This document shows positions 25,121-37,515 of a stretch of 64,000 nucleotides of DNA, one piece after another. Each line of letters opens with the position of its first letter. Position 1 is the stretch's first letter. Origin of the DNA: Pseudogymnoascus verrucosus (lineage: Eukaryota); assembly GCA_001662655.1 (NCBI GenBank), contig KV460274.1; one strand, 5' to 3'. Below the pieces are notes generated by a model. The model did no database searches. It had not been told where the DNA came from and worked only from the letters and a program-made list of their open reading frames with translations. A program made the position numbers and the translations under genes.

Positions 25121-28100
25121 ATGGTCAAAAAGGGGCAGCCGAAAGGGCCAAAGCCCGGGGCGGGTGGTGGAGCGAAAAAGACGACTCCTGTTGCTGCGAC
25201 CGGCGCAGACGACAGCTTCATCGTGTTTTCGAATTCGGACAAAGAGCCTAAGCCTAGGAAGACGAATGCGCAGGCTGGACCGTCTGGTGCGACTGGGCCG
25301 GATATATTGGGAGAGGCGCCGAAGAGACCGGATGTTAAGAAACTTATTGGTGGGGCGTCATGGACGGGGAAGCTACCTGTGAATATGCTCTCGGAGCATT
25401 GCCAGAAGCAGAGGTGGGAGAAGCCTGAATATACAATGTCGAAGACCTCGGAAGGATACTCCTCGATGGTTATTTTGAAGGCGAGGAACCCGAAGACGCA
25501 GGAGCTTGTGAGCCTGGCACCGTTCAAATTGCCTCCGTCGCATAAACACCTTGCGGCGAAACCAACCGCGCTCGAAGCTCGACACTTTGCGGCAACGTAC
25601 GGACTATTTCGAGTGTGTAGCATGCGGAATATACATATGATGTTGCCTCCAGACTACAGGGATTTGTGGAAGGGGGAGTTCGAGGTGCTGAAAAAGGAGG
25701 ATATCAAGGAAGGCAAAGCGTGGATGTATGAAGCGGATCCGTTTGCGGCTCTGAGGGAGCGCGAGGAGGCGAAAGCGGTTATGGAGAAGAAACGAAAGGA
25801 ACGCGACGCTGCTCGCGAAAAGGCGGCGAATACTCCTGGAGCTCCTGGCGGCGTTAGTCTCACTCATCGAAGTGGAGGTCCCGGTGGCGCAGGGAGCGGC
25901 GCGCATAATATACACAGAGGCTGGATGAAGGTGCCAAAGGTCGATATGGGAAAACGGGCGAGAGCTAAAGTGGAGGAGCTCATTCGGAAACATACGATTT
26001 GGAATCCGCATGATCACAAGATGTCTGAATTTCAGAGGCACTCGATTATCAAAGACTTTAAACAGCTCGAATTTCGAGAAAGTCATATTGAAGAGGCAGT
26101 ACTTGAATGCAAGGACCGCGAGGAGACTCTTGAATGGCTCCTTATTCATGTCCCTGAAGATGATCTACCGCGTTGGGCACTGCCTGAAGGTTATGTGGCA
26201 GGTATTAGCATGGCAAGCACCGATCTGAAAAAAGAAGGCATCATTAAGCGCCTGGGTGAAGCCGGGTATTCGATTGATCTTTGCAAGCAAGTTCTAGAGT
26301 TAAACCAAGGAGATGAGGGGAAGGCGGCAGAAGCGTTACAAAACATCCTTATGGCCAGTGGGCAGGATGACACTGCTACTCCATCCGAGTCGACTAACTG
26401 GTCTGATCCAGATGCGAACCCAGACGAGATATGGGAAGAGGAACAAATTGGCCTCGAATCTGTTTTTGGTGATAAATATTCCAGACCTTCCCCGAATGTC
26501 TGCCAAATCAAAATTCAACCTGCCAATAGGGGCCGAAATCCAGCAGTTGATACAGAAATCTTGATTCGAAGGTCAACAAAATACCCACAAACTGCGCCGG
26601 TTATATCTATCGTCGCGTCTCTACCAGCTTATATACGATTGAGTATAATGAAGAGAGCCCTCAGCCATTGTACCGAGACGCTCTTAGGGGAAGGAATGAT
26701 CTTCTTCCTCGTCGACTGGGTTGAACAAAACTTCTACGGTATTGTAGAAAGGCCTGGGAAGCTCAGGGAAGTGTCGGCGGCAGCGTCTTCTATAAGTGAA
26801 GTCAGTGCACCTAATAGGCAAAAACGAGCAAGGACAACAAGACATCCTCCGCCAATTCGATGGATTGAAAATCCTAGGAGTAAAGATGAGTGGCAGCGAA
26901 GGCAAACGGATGCCAAGCTTCAGGCGCGCATTGCAGATAGGAGAACACTTCCGGCGTGGGAGATGCGAGAGGATATAATTGATACCGTCAACTCTCATCA
27001 AGTCACCATTATTTCTGGAGAGACTGGTAGTGGAAAGTCAACTCAGTCCGCGCAATTCATCTTGGATGACCTTTATGGGAGGGCCCTAGGTGAAACTGCA
27101 AAGATTATCTGCACGCAACCTCGAAGGATTTCGGCTTTGGGCCTGGCTGATCGCGTGAGTGATGAGCGCTGCGGTGTCGTCGGCCAAGAGGTCGGATACA
27201 TTATTAGAGGAGAGTCAAAGTCGTCTCCAAGGACTAAGATCACGTTTGTTACCACCGGTGTGCTGCTTCGTCGGTTGCAGACATCAGGTGGAAGCAGCGA
27301 TGATGTTGTTGCGTCGCTGGCGGATATAAGCCATGTCATTATCGATGAAGTTCACGAGAGAAGTTTGGATACAGATTTTCTTTTGGTACTCCTTCGTGAT
27401 GTGTTACGGAAGCGGAAGGACCTCAAGTTGATCCTAATGAGTGCCACGCTAGATGCTGGTGTGTTTGAGAGCTACTTCAGAAGCGATGGAAAGGTTGGAA
27501 GGATTGAAATCAGCGGTCGAACATACCCGGTTGAAGACTACTACCTCGACGATGTTATCCGAATGACTGGTTTTAACACTGGTCGCGGAGGCCGAGGAGG
27601 AGATGAAGACGAGGAGACAGAGGGCATGGACTCTGACGTAAGAAGCGCCATTCAAAGCATTGGCATGAGGATCAACTATGATCTTATAGGCCAGACAGTG
27701 AGGGCGATTGACGCAGAATTGACGTACAAGAAACAAACCGGTGGAATTCTTATCTTTCTTCCTGGTGTCGTTGAAATCAACAGAACATTGGACAACCTAC
27801 GATCAATCCCGAACCTTCATGCCCTTCCGCTCCATGCCTCATTGCAGTCTGTTGAACAGCGAAGGGTCTTCCCTCATGCGCCTAGTGGAAAAAGGAAGGT
27901 CATTTGCGCAACAAATGTGGCAGAGACATCCATCACCATCGACGACATCGTTGCTGTCATAGATACTGGTCGGGTAAAAGAAACTAGCTATGATCCTTCC
28001 AACAACATGAGAAAGTTAGAAGAGGTTTGGGCGTCACGCGCAGCATGCAAGCAAAGGCGTGGTCGTGCTGGTCGTGTCCAGGCTGGAAAGTGTTACAAGC

Positions 28101-29315
28101 TCTATACACGCAATGCCGAGTTGACAAAGATGGCTGAAAGGCCAGAACCGGAAATTCGTCGTGTACCTCTTGAGCAGCTATGCTTATCAGTGCGCGCAAT
28201 GGGTATCAAAGAGGTTGCTGCTTTCCTGGCGAGTGCGTTGACGCCACCGGAGAGTCTCGCTGTGGATGGTGCTATCGACCTCCTTGGCCGTATGGGAGCT
28301 CTCGATGGAGATGACCTTACAGCTTTAGGGCGGCATTTGTCTATGATACCGTCAGATCTTCGATGCGGCAAGCTGATGGTTTACGGTGCTATGTTCGGGT
28401 GCTTAGACGCCTCCGTAATCATTGCCGCGATCCTCACCCTCAAAAGCCCCTTTGTATCTCCACAGGATAAGCGCGAAGAATCAAAGGCTGCCCGCGCAAA
28501 GTTTTCTGGCAATCAAGGCGATCTCATAGGCGATCTTCATGCATTTGAGCAATGGGACGAGATGATGAGCAATCGCAGCATCCGCCAGGGCGAGGTTCGC
28601 AACTGGTGCGGCGACAACTTCCTGTCATTTCAAACCCTGTCTGATATTGCTTCCAACCGCACCCAATATCTCTCATCTCTCCGTGAGATTGGTTTTATCC
28701 CCTACCGAGTCTCGGCTACTCTAAACCACAACAACTCAAACGCCGCCCTGCTCCGCTCGCTGATTGCTGGCGCATTCAACCCGCAGTTGGCGCGTATTGA
28801 TTTCCCAGACAAAAAGTTCGCGCAGTCCGTTAGTGGAGCTGTAGAGCTGGACCCAGAGGCGCGTACCATTAAATACTTCAATCAGGAGAATGGTCGGGTA
28901 TTCGTGCATCCAAGCAGTACGATGTTTGATGCGCAGACCTTCCCAGGTAATGCGGCATACATGAGTTATTTCAACAAGATGGCGACAAGCAAGATATTTA
29001 TTAGGGATTTGACACGTAAGTCACATAAAGTTCCTTCAGATGAACTAATGCTAATATGTTACAGCATTTAACTCATATACTGCACTCTTGTTTTCAGGCC
29101 CAATCACTTTGGATACCCTTGGGCGCGGGCTTATCGTGGATGGATGGTTGAGACTCCGTGGATGGGCGAGAATTGGTGTTTTGGTCAGTAGGCTGAGGAG
29201 CATGTTAGACGATGTGCTCGCGAAGAAGATCGATGAGCCAGAGATGGACCTCTCAAATAACGAGGTCGTTGCGATCGTGACCCGGTTGGTGGAATTAGAC
29301 GGCATGGACCAATAG
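25121..29315 (+). CDS. DEAH-box RNA helicase, DHX57/Ucp12/YLR419W-like (UBA-, RWD-, HA2-, OB-containing)
   Basis: Motifs GETGSGKST, TQPRRISA, DEVHER, MSAT, ATNVAETSITID, QRRGRAGRV; ETLEWLLIHVPEDDLP and RWD-like YPQTAP; intron 29016-29064. Confidence 0.92.
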
Positions 29316-29392
29316 AGGATAAAGATTTGATAATTATACATTGGTATATACATCGTAACTACATAACTTTTCATGTTCTCGTTGATTCATCC

Positions 29393-30019
29393 TCATGCGG
29401 TTACTTGCACTGCTTCGGACATATGAGGACAGAGGTTTAAATCCTCAATGCCTTTCCTGCCTCCCGATCCCAATAACTCGCCTCCCTCTTTACTCATCAT
29501 CCTTTTCTGAAGCCAAGCTACATACTCGGGCCATTCAGCAATACTTCCAAACACCCGTGCCTTTCTCACTCCTCTCACGCCTTCAAACAGCCTCAAGACC
29601 TCGTTTCCACTACCCTTAAACTGGCTTTCGAAGACCTCGACTGTCAGTTCGTCGATCCCACTAAACGCGTCTGTCGCCGCCTCAGCAGAAAACCCTGCAT
29701 CGCACTCTAGCCTAACGAAAACGTGGTAACGCCGGATAAGTGAGATGAGGTGGGGCGCTTGGACGGGTTCGATCCATCGGCGGAGCTGGGGGAAGTTGTA
29801 GAGGCGAATGGGATGTGCGATGAAGGTGTTATGTGCGTAGAGGAATGGCAGTGCCTCGTAGTGGATCTGTTTGTTTACTCGCAGGATCTCTGGGTGAACT
29901 GGCGGTGTTTCTCCCAGCGCTGTAGTTGTAGAAGGCGGAGGCACCACGAGGAGGAGATTATATATGCGATTGCGGATCTCGCCTGGGAAAGCGAGGAAGG
30001 GAAGGCTGATGTTGGCCAT
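29393..30019 (-). CDS. Hypothetical protein with F-box-like N-terminal motif (fungal lineage-variable family)
   Basis: FLAFPGEIRNRIYNLLL and ILRVNKQIHYEALPFLY..NTF, a pattern common in fungal F-box-like proteins; intact 208-aa ORF. Confidence 0.7.
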   Translation of the reverse strand: MANISLPFLAFPGEIRNRIYNLLLVVPPPSTTTALGETPPVHPEILRVNKQIHYEALPFLYAHNTFIAHPIRLYNFPQLRRWIEPVQAPHLISLIRRYHVFVRLECDAGFSAEAATDAFSGIDELTVEVFESQFKGSGNEVLRLFEGVRGVRKARVFGSIAEWPEYVAWLQKRMMSKEGGELLGSGGRKGIEDLNLCPHMSEAVQVTA

Positions 30020-30319
30020 AGAGAAAGGAAAGAAGAGGTAAAGTGAGAGAGCACAGCATAGATATTGAAATCTTAAAAAACTTACAATATGGAGGAAGAA
30101 AGCGACACTTACAGAGCAGTTGAGGGAGAGGCGGTAGTAGCCGTCATTATCGTCGTCACTGTGGACTGAATCGGGAATATTGACGTTTTTGAAGTGACGT
30201 TTGATCTGATTAGATCTGATATGAGATATGAGATATGATTAGATTCTAAATCGCCTTACCGCGTGGAGCCCTTGTTTTACCTGAGATACGCGTGGTTGAT
30301 GTCACGACCTTGCAGCGGC

Positions 30320-30383
30320 CCCATGACGGTTAGACCCATGATAGGCTAAATCTCATGATCCGCTAATCCCATGATCGGCTAGC
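30320..30383. repeat. Four tandem degenerate 15-17 bp units, consensus about CCCATGATCGGCTA
   Basis: cccatgacggttaga / cccatgataggctaaat / ctcatgatccgctaat / cccatgatcggctagc. Confidence 0.75.
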
Positions 30384-30499
30384 CCCGTCCCGGTCTCGGC
30401 AGTCACGTTGACTGACACCTTTACACCGTATATATGTATATATAAACAATATCGCAAACTCAACCTATTTTGCAATATCGGGCCTGCCGCCATGTAACC

Positions 30500-31401
30500 A
30501 TGACGGCCTCGTTGCTTCTCCCTGCTTTGAGCTACATCTTTGGATGGGGATACTTTATTTCCTGGTCCCTCTCCTTCTACCCGCAACCGTTGCTCAACTA
30601 CTATCGCCGGAGCACGAGCGGGGCTACTATTGACTTCCCTGCGATCAACATCCTCGGTTTCGCCGCCTACTTCATCTCAAATGCCGCTTTCCTCTACTCC
30701 CCTGAAATTCGACGACAGTATGCGGCGCGTAACCACGGGCTCACCCCGACGGTGAAGCTCAACGATGTCGCGTTCGCCGCCCACGCGACGATATGCAGTG
30801 CCATCGCCATGTCGCAGTATTTCCCACAGATCTGGGGCTTCGAGGATAGGGGCAGGAGGAGGGAAAGGGTAGGCAGAACCGTAATGGGTATCTTCATTGG
30901 CAGTATTATAGGAGTTGGGGCCGTGGCAGCTGTGGTGGCGAGCTATCCAGGCGATGATGTAGTCACAGGCTGGGCGGGGATCGATGTGGTGAGTTTCCTA
31001 TTATTAGCAGCTGGATACGGTTTACAGTAGAGGCGAATGCTCATCGAAATGCACAGGTATATGCCATCTCATACGTCAAACTCGTCGTCACCCTCGTCAA
31101 ATACATACCACAGTTAGTTACCAACTACAACAACAAATCCACCCACGGCTGGTCGATCCACCAAATCCTCCTCGATCTTATCGGCGGCTTTCTCTCACTA
31201 GGACAACTAGGAATCGATTCATACATACAGCGCGACTGGTCTGGGGTTACTGGGAACCCAGTCAAGCTCTCCTTGGGTAATTCATCGCTCATATTTGACT
31301 CGATGTTCATCATCCAACATTACATATTATATCCTGGAGCGGGCAAGAACGAGCACAGCGAGAGCAGCCGGCTTCTGGATGCGGAAGGAGAGGCTGCGTA
31401 A
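30500..31401 (+). CDS. PQ-loop vacuolar/lysosomal cystine transporter (cystinosin/Ers1-like)
   Basis: [15 protein letters not shown] and KYIPQ..NY..KST.GWSI..ILLD PQ-loops; GNPVKLSLG; intron 30989-31056; C-terminal acidic dileucine ESSRLL. Confidence 0.9.
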
Positions 31402-31920
31402 GCTTCCGACAGACTGCACAGGCGCTGTTATATTTAACATATAATCGCCAATAAACGCCGTCCAATATATAATCACGTCCGCTTCGAGGCGCATCAGTCG
31501 TGTGCCGGGGAGCAAGTTAGATATTGAGTTGAGATATTGTAAGAGTACTTACTGCTAAACTTCAACTGATCAGGTGGCGAGTGGTGACACCCACCATCTT
31601 CATAACAACTATTTACGAGAAGTTGTGAGTGATTGAGCAGGGGGTGCTGAAGCATTGTTGATCTTTGTGCCATATGATCCCAATTTAGCGCTGCGCACTT
31701 GTTTTAGATTTCAGCCTGGGCAATTTTCAGCCTTTGGCTCATAGATAATCACCATTTTATAGAACATCATATCTGTTTCCATTATTATAGCGCCTTCCCA
31801 TTTCTAATCTCTGGATTCGTTCCCAAGAGTGGACAGAGTGATATCATATACAACAAATAAAATACCCAAACTCCTCATCGAAAGGGAATATAATTCCGCA
31901 ACCACCACCGTTTCTACTTC

Positions 31921-34763
31921 TTAGAACAGCCCCCATCCCTTGCTCCTCTCCTTCTCCGCCCCCTTCATCTTGCTCCCAGCTGCCTCTCTCCTCTTATCCC
32001 GACCTTCCAGCGCCCTCAAGCTCTCCATCTTCTCAAGGACCAGCTCCAACAGCTCCTTCCGTCTGATAACTTCCAAATGCGCGCGTACCTTGGGGTCCTC
32101 CCGAGCGAATCTCTGGACCTCATCATCAGACAGGTGGCGACCGAGACGAGTGTCGAGCTCCCGCGGGAAGTTGTAGTAGAATTCGGACAGTAGCTCCACA
32201 TTTAAGAAGAGGACAGCGGTCTGGGTGAGTTTCGATGCGACCACATCCAGGAACACCTCAGGGCAATAATACTTGTTCTTGAGGGATGCGCACTGCTTAG
32301 ATTTAACGGCCATGAGGCGCATCTTAATTATATCGGCGCGATCTCGAAGGAATACCGCTTCTTGGCCTGTAATAAATGAGTCAGCTATAAGTACAGCATA
32401 AATACGGAATGCGACTTACCCTTCTTGATCAGTGCGGCACTGAACCCTCCAGCGCCGCCGGTACCATTCCCATCCACCTGGATCTCGTTCTTGCGTGCAC
32501 GGTCCACAAAATTCATCACATCCTTGAGTTTCTTTCGTCCACCAACACTATCTTCGACAACCTTATGTGCTGATTCACAGGCAACCAGTTCCCTCTTCAA
32601 TACGCGCGTAATGTTGTCTCGGCCACGAGCCCATTCGGAATCTTCAACGTCAATCTCAAACTTAAATGGCTTGATGCAGTTTTCCACCTGATCGCTAGTG
32701 CTGTAAAATCTCTCATTCAGTATCCCCGATGATGCTTCTGTGATTGTTTGGCGTGCAAAGGGGTGGTGTGAGAAAGTAGACTGGGTGACGAGTCGATCGA
32801 CATTAGCCTGGATGGCATTGGCGACAACAGTGGTCGCTAATCGTCCGATACCAAGCTTCGTAATTGCCGACGTTGATGCATCGAGTTTGCGGTGCCAGTA
32901 TAAAGAATCGGCGTCTGCTTTTGGGAGATCCGCAAGGACGCTTGGCTCTGCGACCGGCGCCTCGAGGCCTTCGATGGGCTTGTTCCAGTATCGTGCGGCC
33001 AGGAGATCAAGAACCCGCTGATCAAGTTCATCTTTGAGTATCTCTCGGACTTGGGGCCGTCCGAAATCCTCGGCAAACGCCTTAAACGAATGCTTGAAGG
33101 CATCAAGACTCTCTGCAAGGTAAGACTCAGCAGATAATGGTCGATCGTTGTATTGGACTTTGAACTCGTATGTAGCTTCTTCCAATTCCTGGTGGATTGC
33201 ATCGCTTGTATGCTGGAGGCTAGACGCCATTGTCTTCTCAAGTACCTGCATGAGTTTCTTGCGTAGAGTCGTTGTCCCTGTGTTCAGCCCATTCTCTGGT
33301 CCAAATTCGACTGGGTGGGCCGAGAAATAAGCATGTTCGTTTTTGACGATGGCCGAGGTGATGTTGGCACTGCCCTTCTTAAACAGACCAACTGATTGGG
33401 GAGCTTTGCACACGACACCCACATAACCGAGGCGAAGCGGATACTTTTGATCGGTGAGGATGTCATAGCCTCGTCGCGGGTCAACTAAGTCCATCTTCGT
33501 GACGACTCCAATTGTCCTTTCTCCTCTAGGATCGACTCTTCTGCTCGCTCTCAGCGCAGTGGAGTTTGCAAGATCCACGTCAGCAGCCGATATAGCCAGA
33601 ATGATATTCGGAGCCTGAATGTACTTGTCACATAGATCCGATATCTTCTGCTTCAGTTCCAAAGGTTGACCTTGGCCGACGACTTGAATATACCCGGGTA
33701 GATCAATAAGTGACAGGTCCGGGACATGCGGTGACGATATAGTCAGCTGTATCGGGTCGTCGGAAACACACTCGGTGTCTGGTACGGCCAAATTAAGCTC
33801 CGTAAGCGTCCTTTGAATGCTTGAGAAATCCGTTATTTTCCCCAGGCCAAGTGCTGGAAATTCTCCATACTCGGCCATAGAATCGGGCGTATTGACAAGT
33901 GTCAGCTCGATCGGACGCCTAGTAACCATGTTGGATCCTTTTGGCAAGAACTCGTGCCCCACAATCGCTTCCAAGACGGAACTCTTCCCTGATGACTGCG
34001 AACCGATAACGACAATCGATGGCAGTATGAGAGCTTCGGATTGACCAATTGTCTGGAGGAGAGATCGGATTTCGATCATCTTCTTCGTCAATACCATCAT
34101 TTGGTCATCCCTTGCAGCCTCCGGCTCTGTTCGATCATCCTCCTCATCTGACTGGCCATATCCATATGCTGCAGCAGAGCCTGCAACAGCAGCAGCGGCA
34201 CCGACGCGGGCTTCTTGTGGTGCTTCGCCTCCTCCCTTCCCTCCAGATCCACCCTTCCCTGTTCCTATTTCCTCATGTATCCGAAGCACCTTCTGTAACC
34301 ATTCCGGCATTTCTGGTAATTCCTCCTTTGTATTTTCGAGTCCGCGCTTCATCTGCTCGGCAGTGCCTGCCACCGTGCCGAAAAGAGATCCCGCTATTCC
34401 GCCAACAGTATCAGCCGTCTGCTGAAACACATCCATAGCATAGTTTCCGGCCTGGGCGGCTTGGTATTGAATCCATGCAATTCCTGCTATCATTGCGCCA
34501 CCGAACATTGCCGGTATCCTCGCGAATTTCAGGACAAGCTTGGGAAGAATGCGGGCGAAGGAGGCATTTCGGACGGCGACGGAGTTGTGCATCGAGTTGT
34601 AGCCCAACGGCCACATGCGGCGCCTGGCCACACGTACAGCAGCATCGGATCGAAGGAGGCCACCGGCAGAGGAACTGGCTCGGTGGTGGAATTGCCGCGC
34701 ATTCTGGCTTGCGGCGCGTCGCGCCAAAGGCAGGAGACGGGCGGACAGGAGCCTCCCGCTCAT
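31921..34763 (-). CDS. MGM1: Mitochondrial dynamin-related GTPase (Mgm1/Msp1/OPA1)
   Basis: Arg-rich presequence and TM segment; GSQSSGKS, TRRP, DLPG, TKMD; intron 32367-32419; C-terminal KYYCPEVFL and FAREDPKVRAH. Confidence 0.95.
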
Positions 34764-34997
34764 TGCGAAAGTGGCACCAGTAGTTTTCGAGAAGGTGGTA
34801 GTCTTCTATGCCATAAATGCTATATCTAGTCACGTCGATATGTTTCGCAATCGGGGTTCAGCGGCGGAGAGGTCGATCTTAAATTATGTACAGTTATGAT
34901 TTAACATGATGCCTCCCCTCCGTCACTTGAGTTACAAGATTGCCTTACGTAAGCTAGATTTGGCCAGGGTCACTCGTACTCGTACTGCACATTAAAT

Positions 34998-35417
34998 TCA
35001 CGTGACTGTATATGCCTCGGAGGTCGGACGTGGCGAACGTTAGATAATCACATGACACCATCGTCTATCGTTGCTTGGGGGCGGAAGCTTACTACGGTAG
35101 CCCCTTCAAGCACTCCCTGGTCTACCAACGGGAAGACAACCACCAGGCTGAGAAGATGGCCAGCCTCGGGGAAACGAACAGGCGTTGAACTTGTGTGACT
35201 GATAACACATTTTGTCTCTCCTACAAGACAAGCTTTCCCAACCCTCTATCTCAACAACTGTCTCAATCACGCCATAAACTGCTTCGTCGCCATTCCCACC
35301 TGTTGTTTGTTTCCCTGTGCAAAACATCCGCGACGTCGACTTCCATAACTCTCTTATTACGACTGTTGCCTCCCTCTTCCTCCTCCCTTATCTCTTCCAC
35401 AGCATCGATTGCGCCAT
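34998..35417. promoter_or_regulatory. Candidate sulfur-regulon sites upstream of DUG3
   Basis: TCACGTGA 34998-35005; ATGACACCAT 35052-35061 (exact ATGRYRYCAT); ATTGCGCCAT 35408-35417 (one mismatch). Confidence 0.5.
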
Positions 35418-35574
35418 CATCTCACACAGCCACCCATGAGCAGAGAGATTGGAATTCCCTCACCGCTATATTAAAGTTCATACTACATCAGCAAGGCCTA
35501 CATATATCGAAGTCTGCTGGCAATTGACTTTGGATCTTCATACCTCCGATCAACTCAGCACACCGTGGTCAGCC

Positions 35575-37168
35575 ATGTGCCGCTTTTTGGTGAGTTGCCT
35601 CCGTCGCACAGCTCAAACTACCACTAACTCTAGACCAGGTCTACAAAGGAAGCGATGAGATTTTACTGTCAAAATTGATCCTCGATCCATCCCACTCGAT
35701 CCTCACACAGTCCTTCGATTCCAGGCTGCGGCTGGTATGTCTCGCCGTTCCGATAACGCACCGAATTCTGTAGATAGCAAAACTGACTCAACCCAGGATA
35801 CTCGTCGACCTCACAACGGCGATGGCTTTGGAATTGGATACTATACAGACCCGAAGCTAGGCCCGGAACCTTGCATTTTCACATCGACGATCCCCGCATG
35901 GAACTGCATTAACCTCCAGCGCATTGCTTCAAAGACTGCCTCGCCACTCATATTCGCCCATGTTCGCGCCACGACGGAAGGCTCTCTCAGTGACGACAAC
36001 TGCCACCCTTTCCGTCATGGAAGCTTGATGTGGATGCATAATGGAGGGTTAGGAGCCTGGAAGTACATCAAGCGTCGGTTAGGGGAGCGGTTGGCCGATA
36101 AATGGTATCTGGGTGTCTGCGGTGGTACCGACAGCGAATGGGCATTTGCTCTCTACCTTGACACCTTAGAGCGAATGGGTCATGACCCAAGCAATCCTCC
36201 GGAGCACGGGTTTGGACCAGGCATCCTTCGCCAGGCAATGTTGAAGGTTATCAAGGACATCAACCAGTTCATTGCAGAAGTCCCACCAAAGTTGATCGTA
36301 GAAGAAAAGGTGGACACTCGCAGTCTCCTAAACTTCGCTGTCACAGATGGCCACAGTGTTATTTGCACGCGGTATGTGAGTAGCCAGACAGATGAAGCTG
36401 CAAGTCTATACTACTCATCTGGATCGACGTGGCACGACGAGAAGAAGGGCAACTTCCAAATGGACAGGCGTGATAAGGGAGCCGACATTGTGCTTGTTGC
36501 CAGCGAGCCACTGACTTTCGAACGAGGTATGTTCTCCTTTCCAGTGTGCACAGATCTAGCTTAAAGCAGCATCTAACAAGGATCCAGACAATTGGGTAAC
36601 CGTTCCTACCAATTCGACTCTCACAATCCATAACCAGACTGTCATGGTCCATCCGATTATCGATGAGAACTACAGTCAAAATCCCGCTCATAAGCGTTCC
36701 GCACAGTTTGTCGCCGAAAAAGGTCTCACTACAAACCCAACAAGCAAGCCTTGCACGGAAACTGGTACATCCACACCGTCATCCGTTTCAACCTCCAAAG
36801 CAACTTCACCTTCGGAGTCCTACAACAAACACGTTTCCCTTCCTGTTTCGCGGCTCAATGAGTGCATGTCAGGGCTATCCGTGCGATCTCTCTCACCTGA
36901 GAGTGCAAGTGACAGCGGGTACCGGCCAGTCTTATCCGGCAGAGACCCATCAAGGCCGCAGGAGCAGGGAAACATCAAGAAGAAGCGGGTCAGCCTGATA
37001 GAGATTGATCCCCAGGTTCTCAGAGATGCAGACCAAGACTACCAGTCTCTTGGGTCGCAGTCACAGAGGTCAGGGCGATTAGGGAGTGGAAACACAAGCC
37101 CTAATCCGGATAGAACAAACTATGGCAGTGCTGCCAAGATTACACAGTACTTCCCGGAGCTGTCATGA
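35575..37168 (+). CDS. DUG3: Class II glutamine amidotransferase, glutathione degradation (Dug3)
   Basis: N-terminal MCRFL (Cys2 nucleophile); introns 35590-35638, 35735-35796, 36527-36587. Motifs NGDGFGIGYY, FAHVRA, NCHPF, MHNG, GTDSE, VASEPL. Confidence 0.93.
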
Positions 37169-37515
37169 GGGATATTTTTCTGAAGCGTCTTTTGTTTGAT
37201 TATGTTTAGCGCGTTGTCAAGGGTTCGCAAGGGAAAGTCGACAGGCATGGGGCTTTGGAGTTTTTGTGGCGTGTCTTTCATGGCGGATAAACGTCTTCGG
37301 TTTGCGTGTATTGTCACTGCAAATAAGGGAGATACAGTCAATCTGGCAGTTTGCCATGTAGTTCGGCACAAGATATGGATGGTTGGAAGGAAAACATGGT
37401 GTTATGTTCATACCCTCTGTTTTATCATTTCAAATCATTTCAAACGTGTCCTCTCCAATGAGCGGCTGACACACTCTAGTCCTTCTACAGAATTATAGAA
37501 TATACTCAATTAATA

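Noticed and set aside
24847..25623. 258-aa minus-strand ORF overlapping the helicase start
   Set aside because: Antisense to the DHX57-like CDS; no family features.
1723..37168. Sulfur-metabolism gene cluster (NCS2, cystinosin, DUG3)
   Set aside because: The genes are dispersed among unrelated housekeeping genes over 35 kb; no evidence of a cluster.
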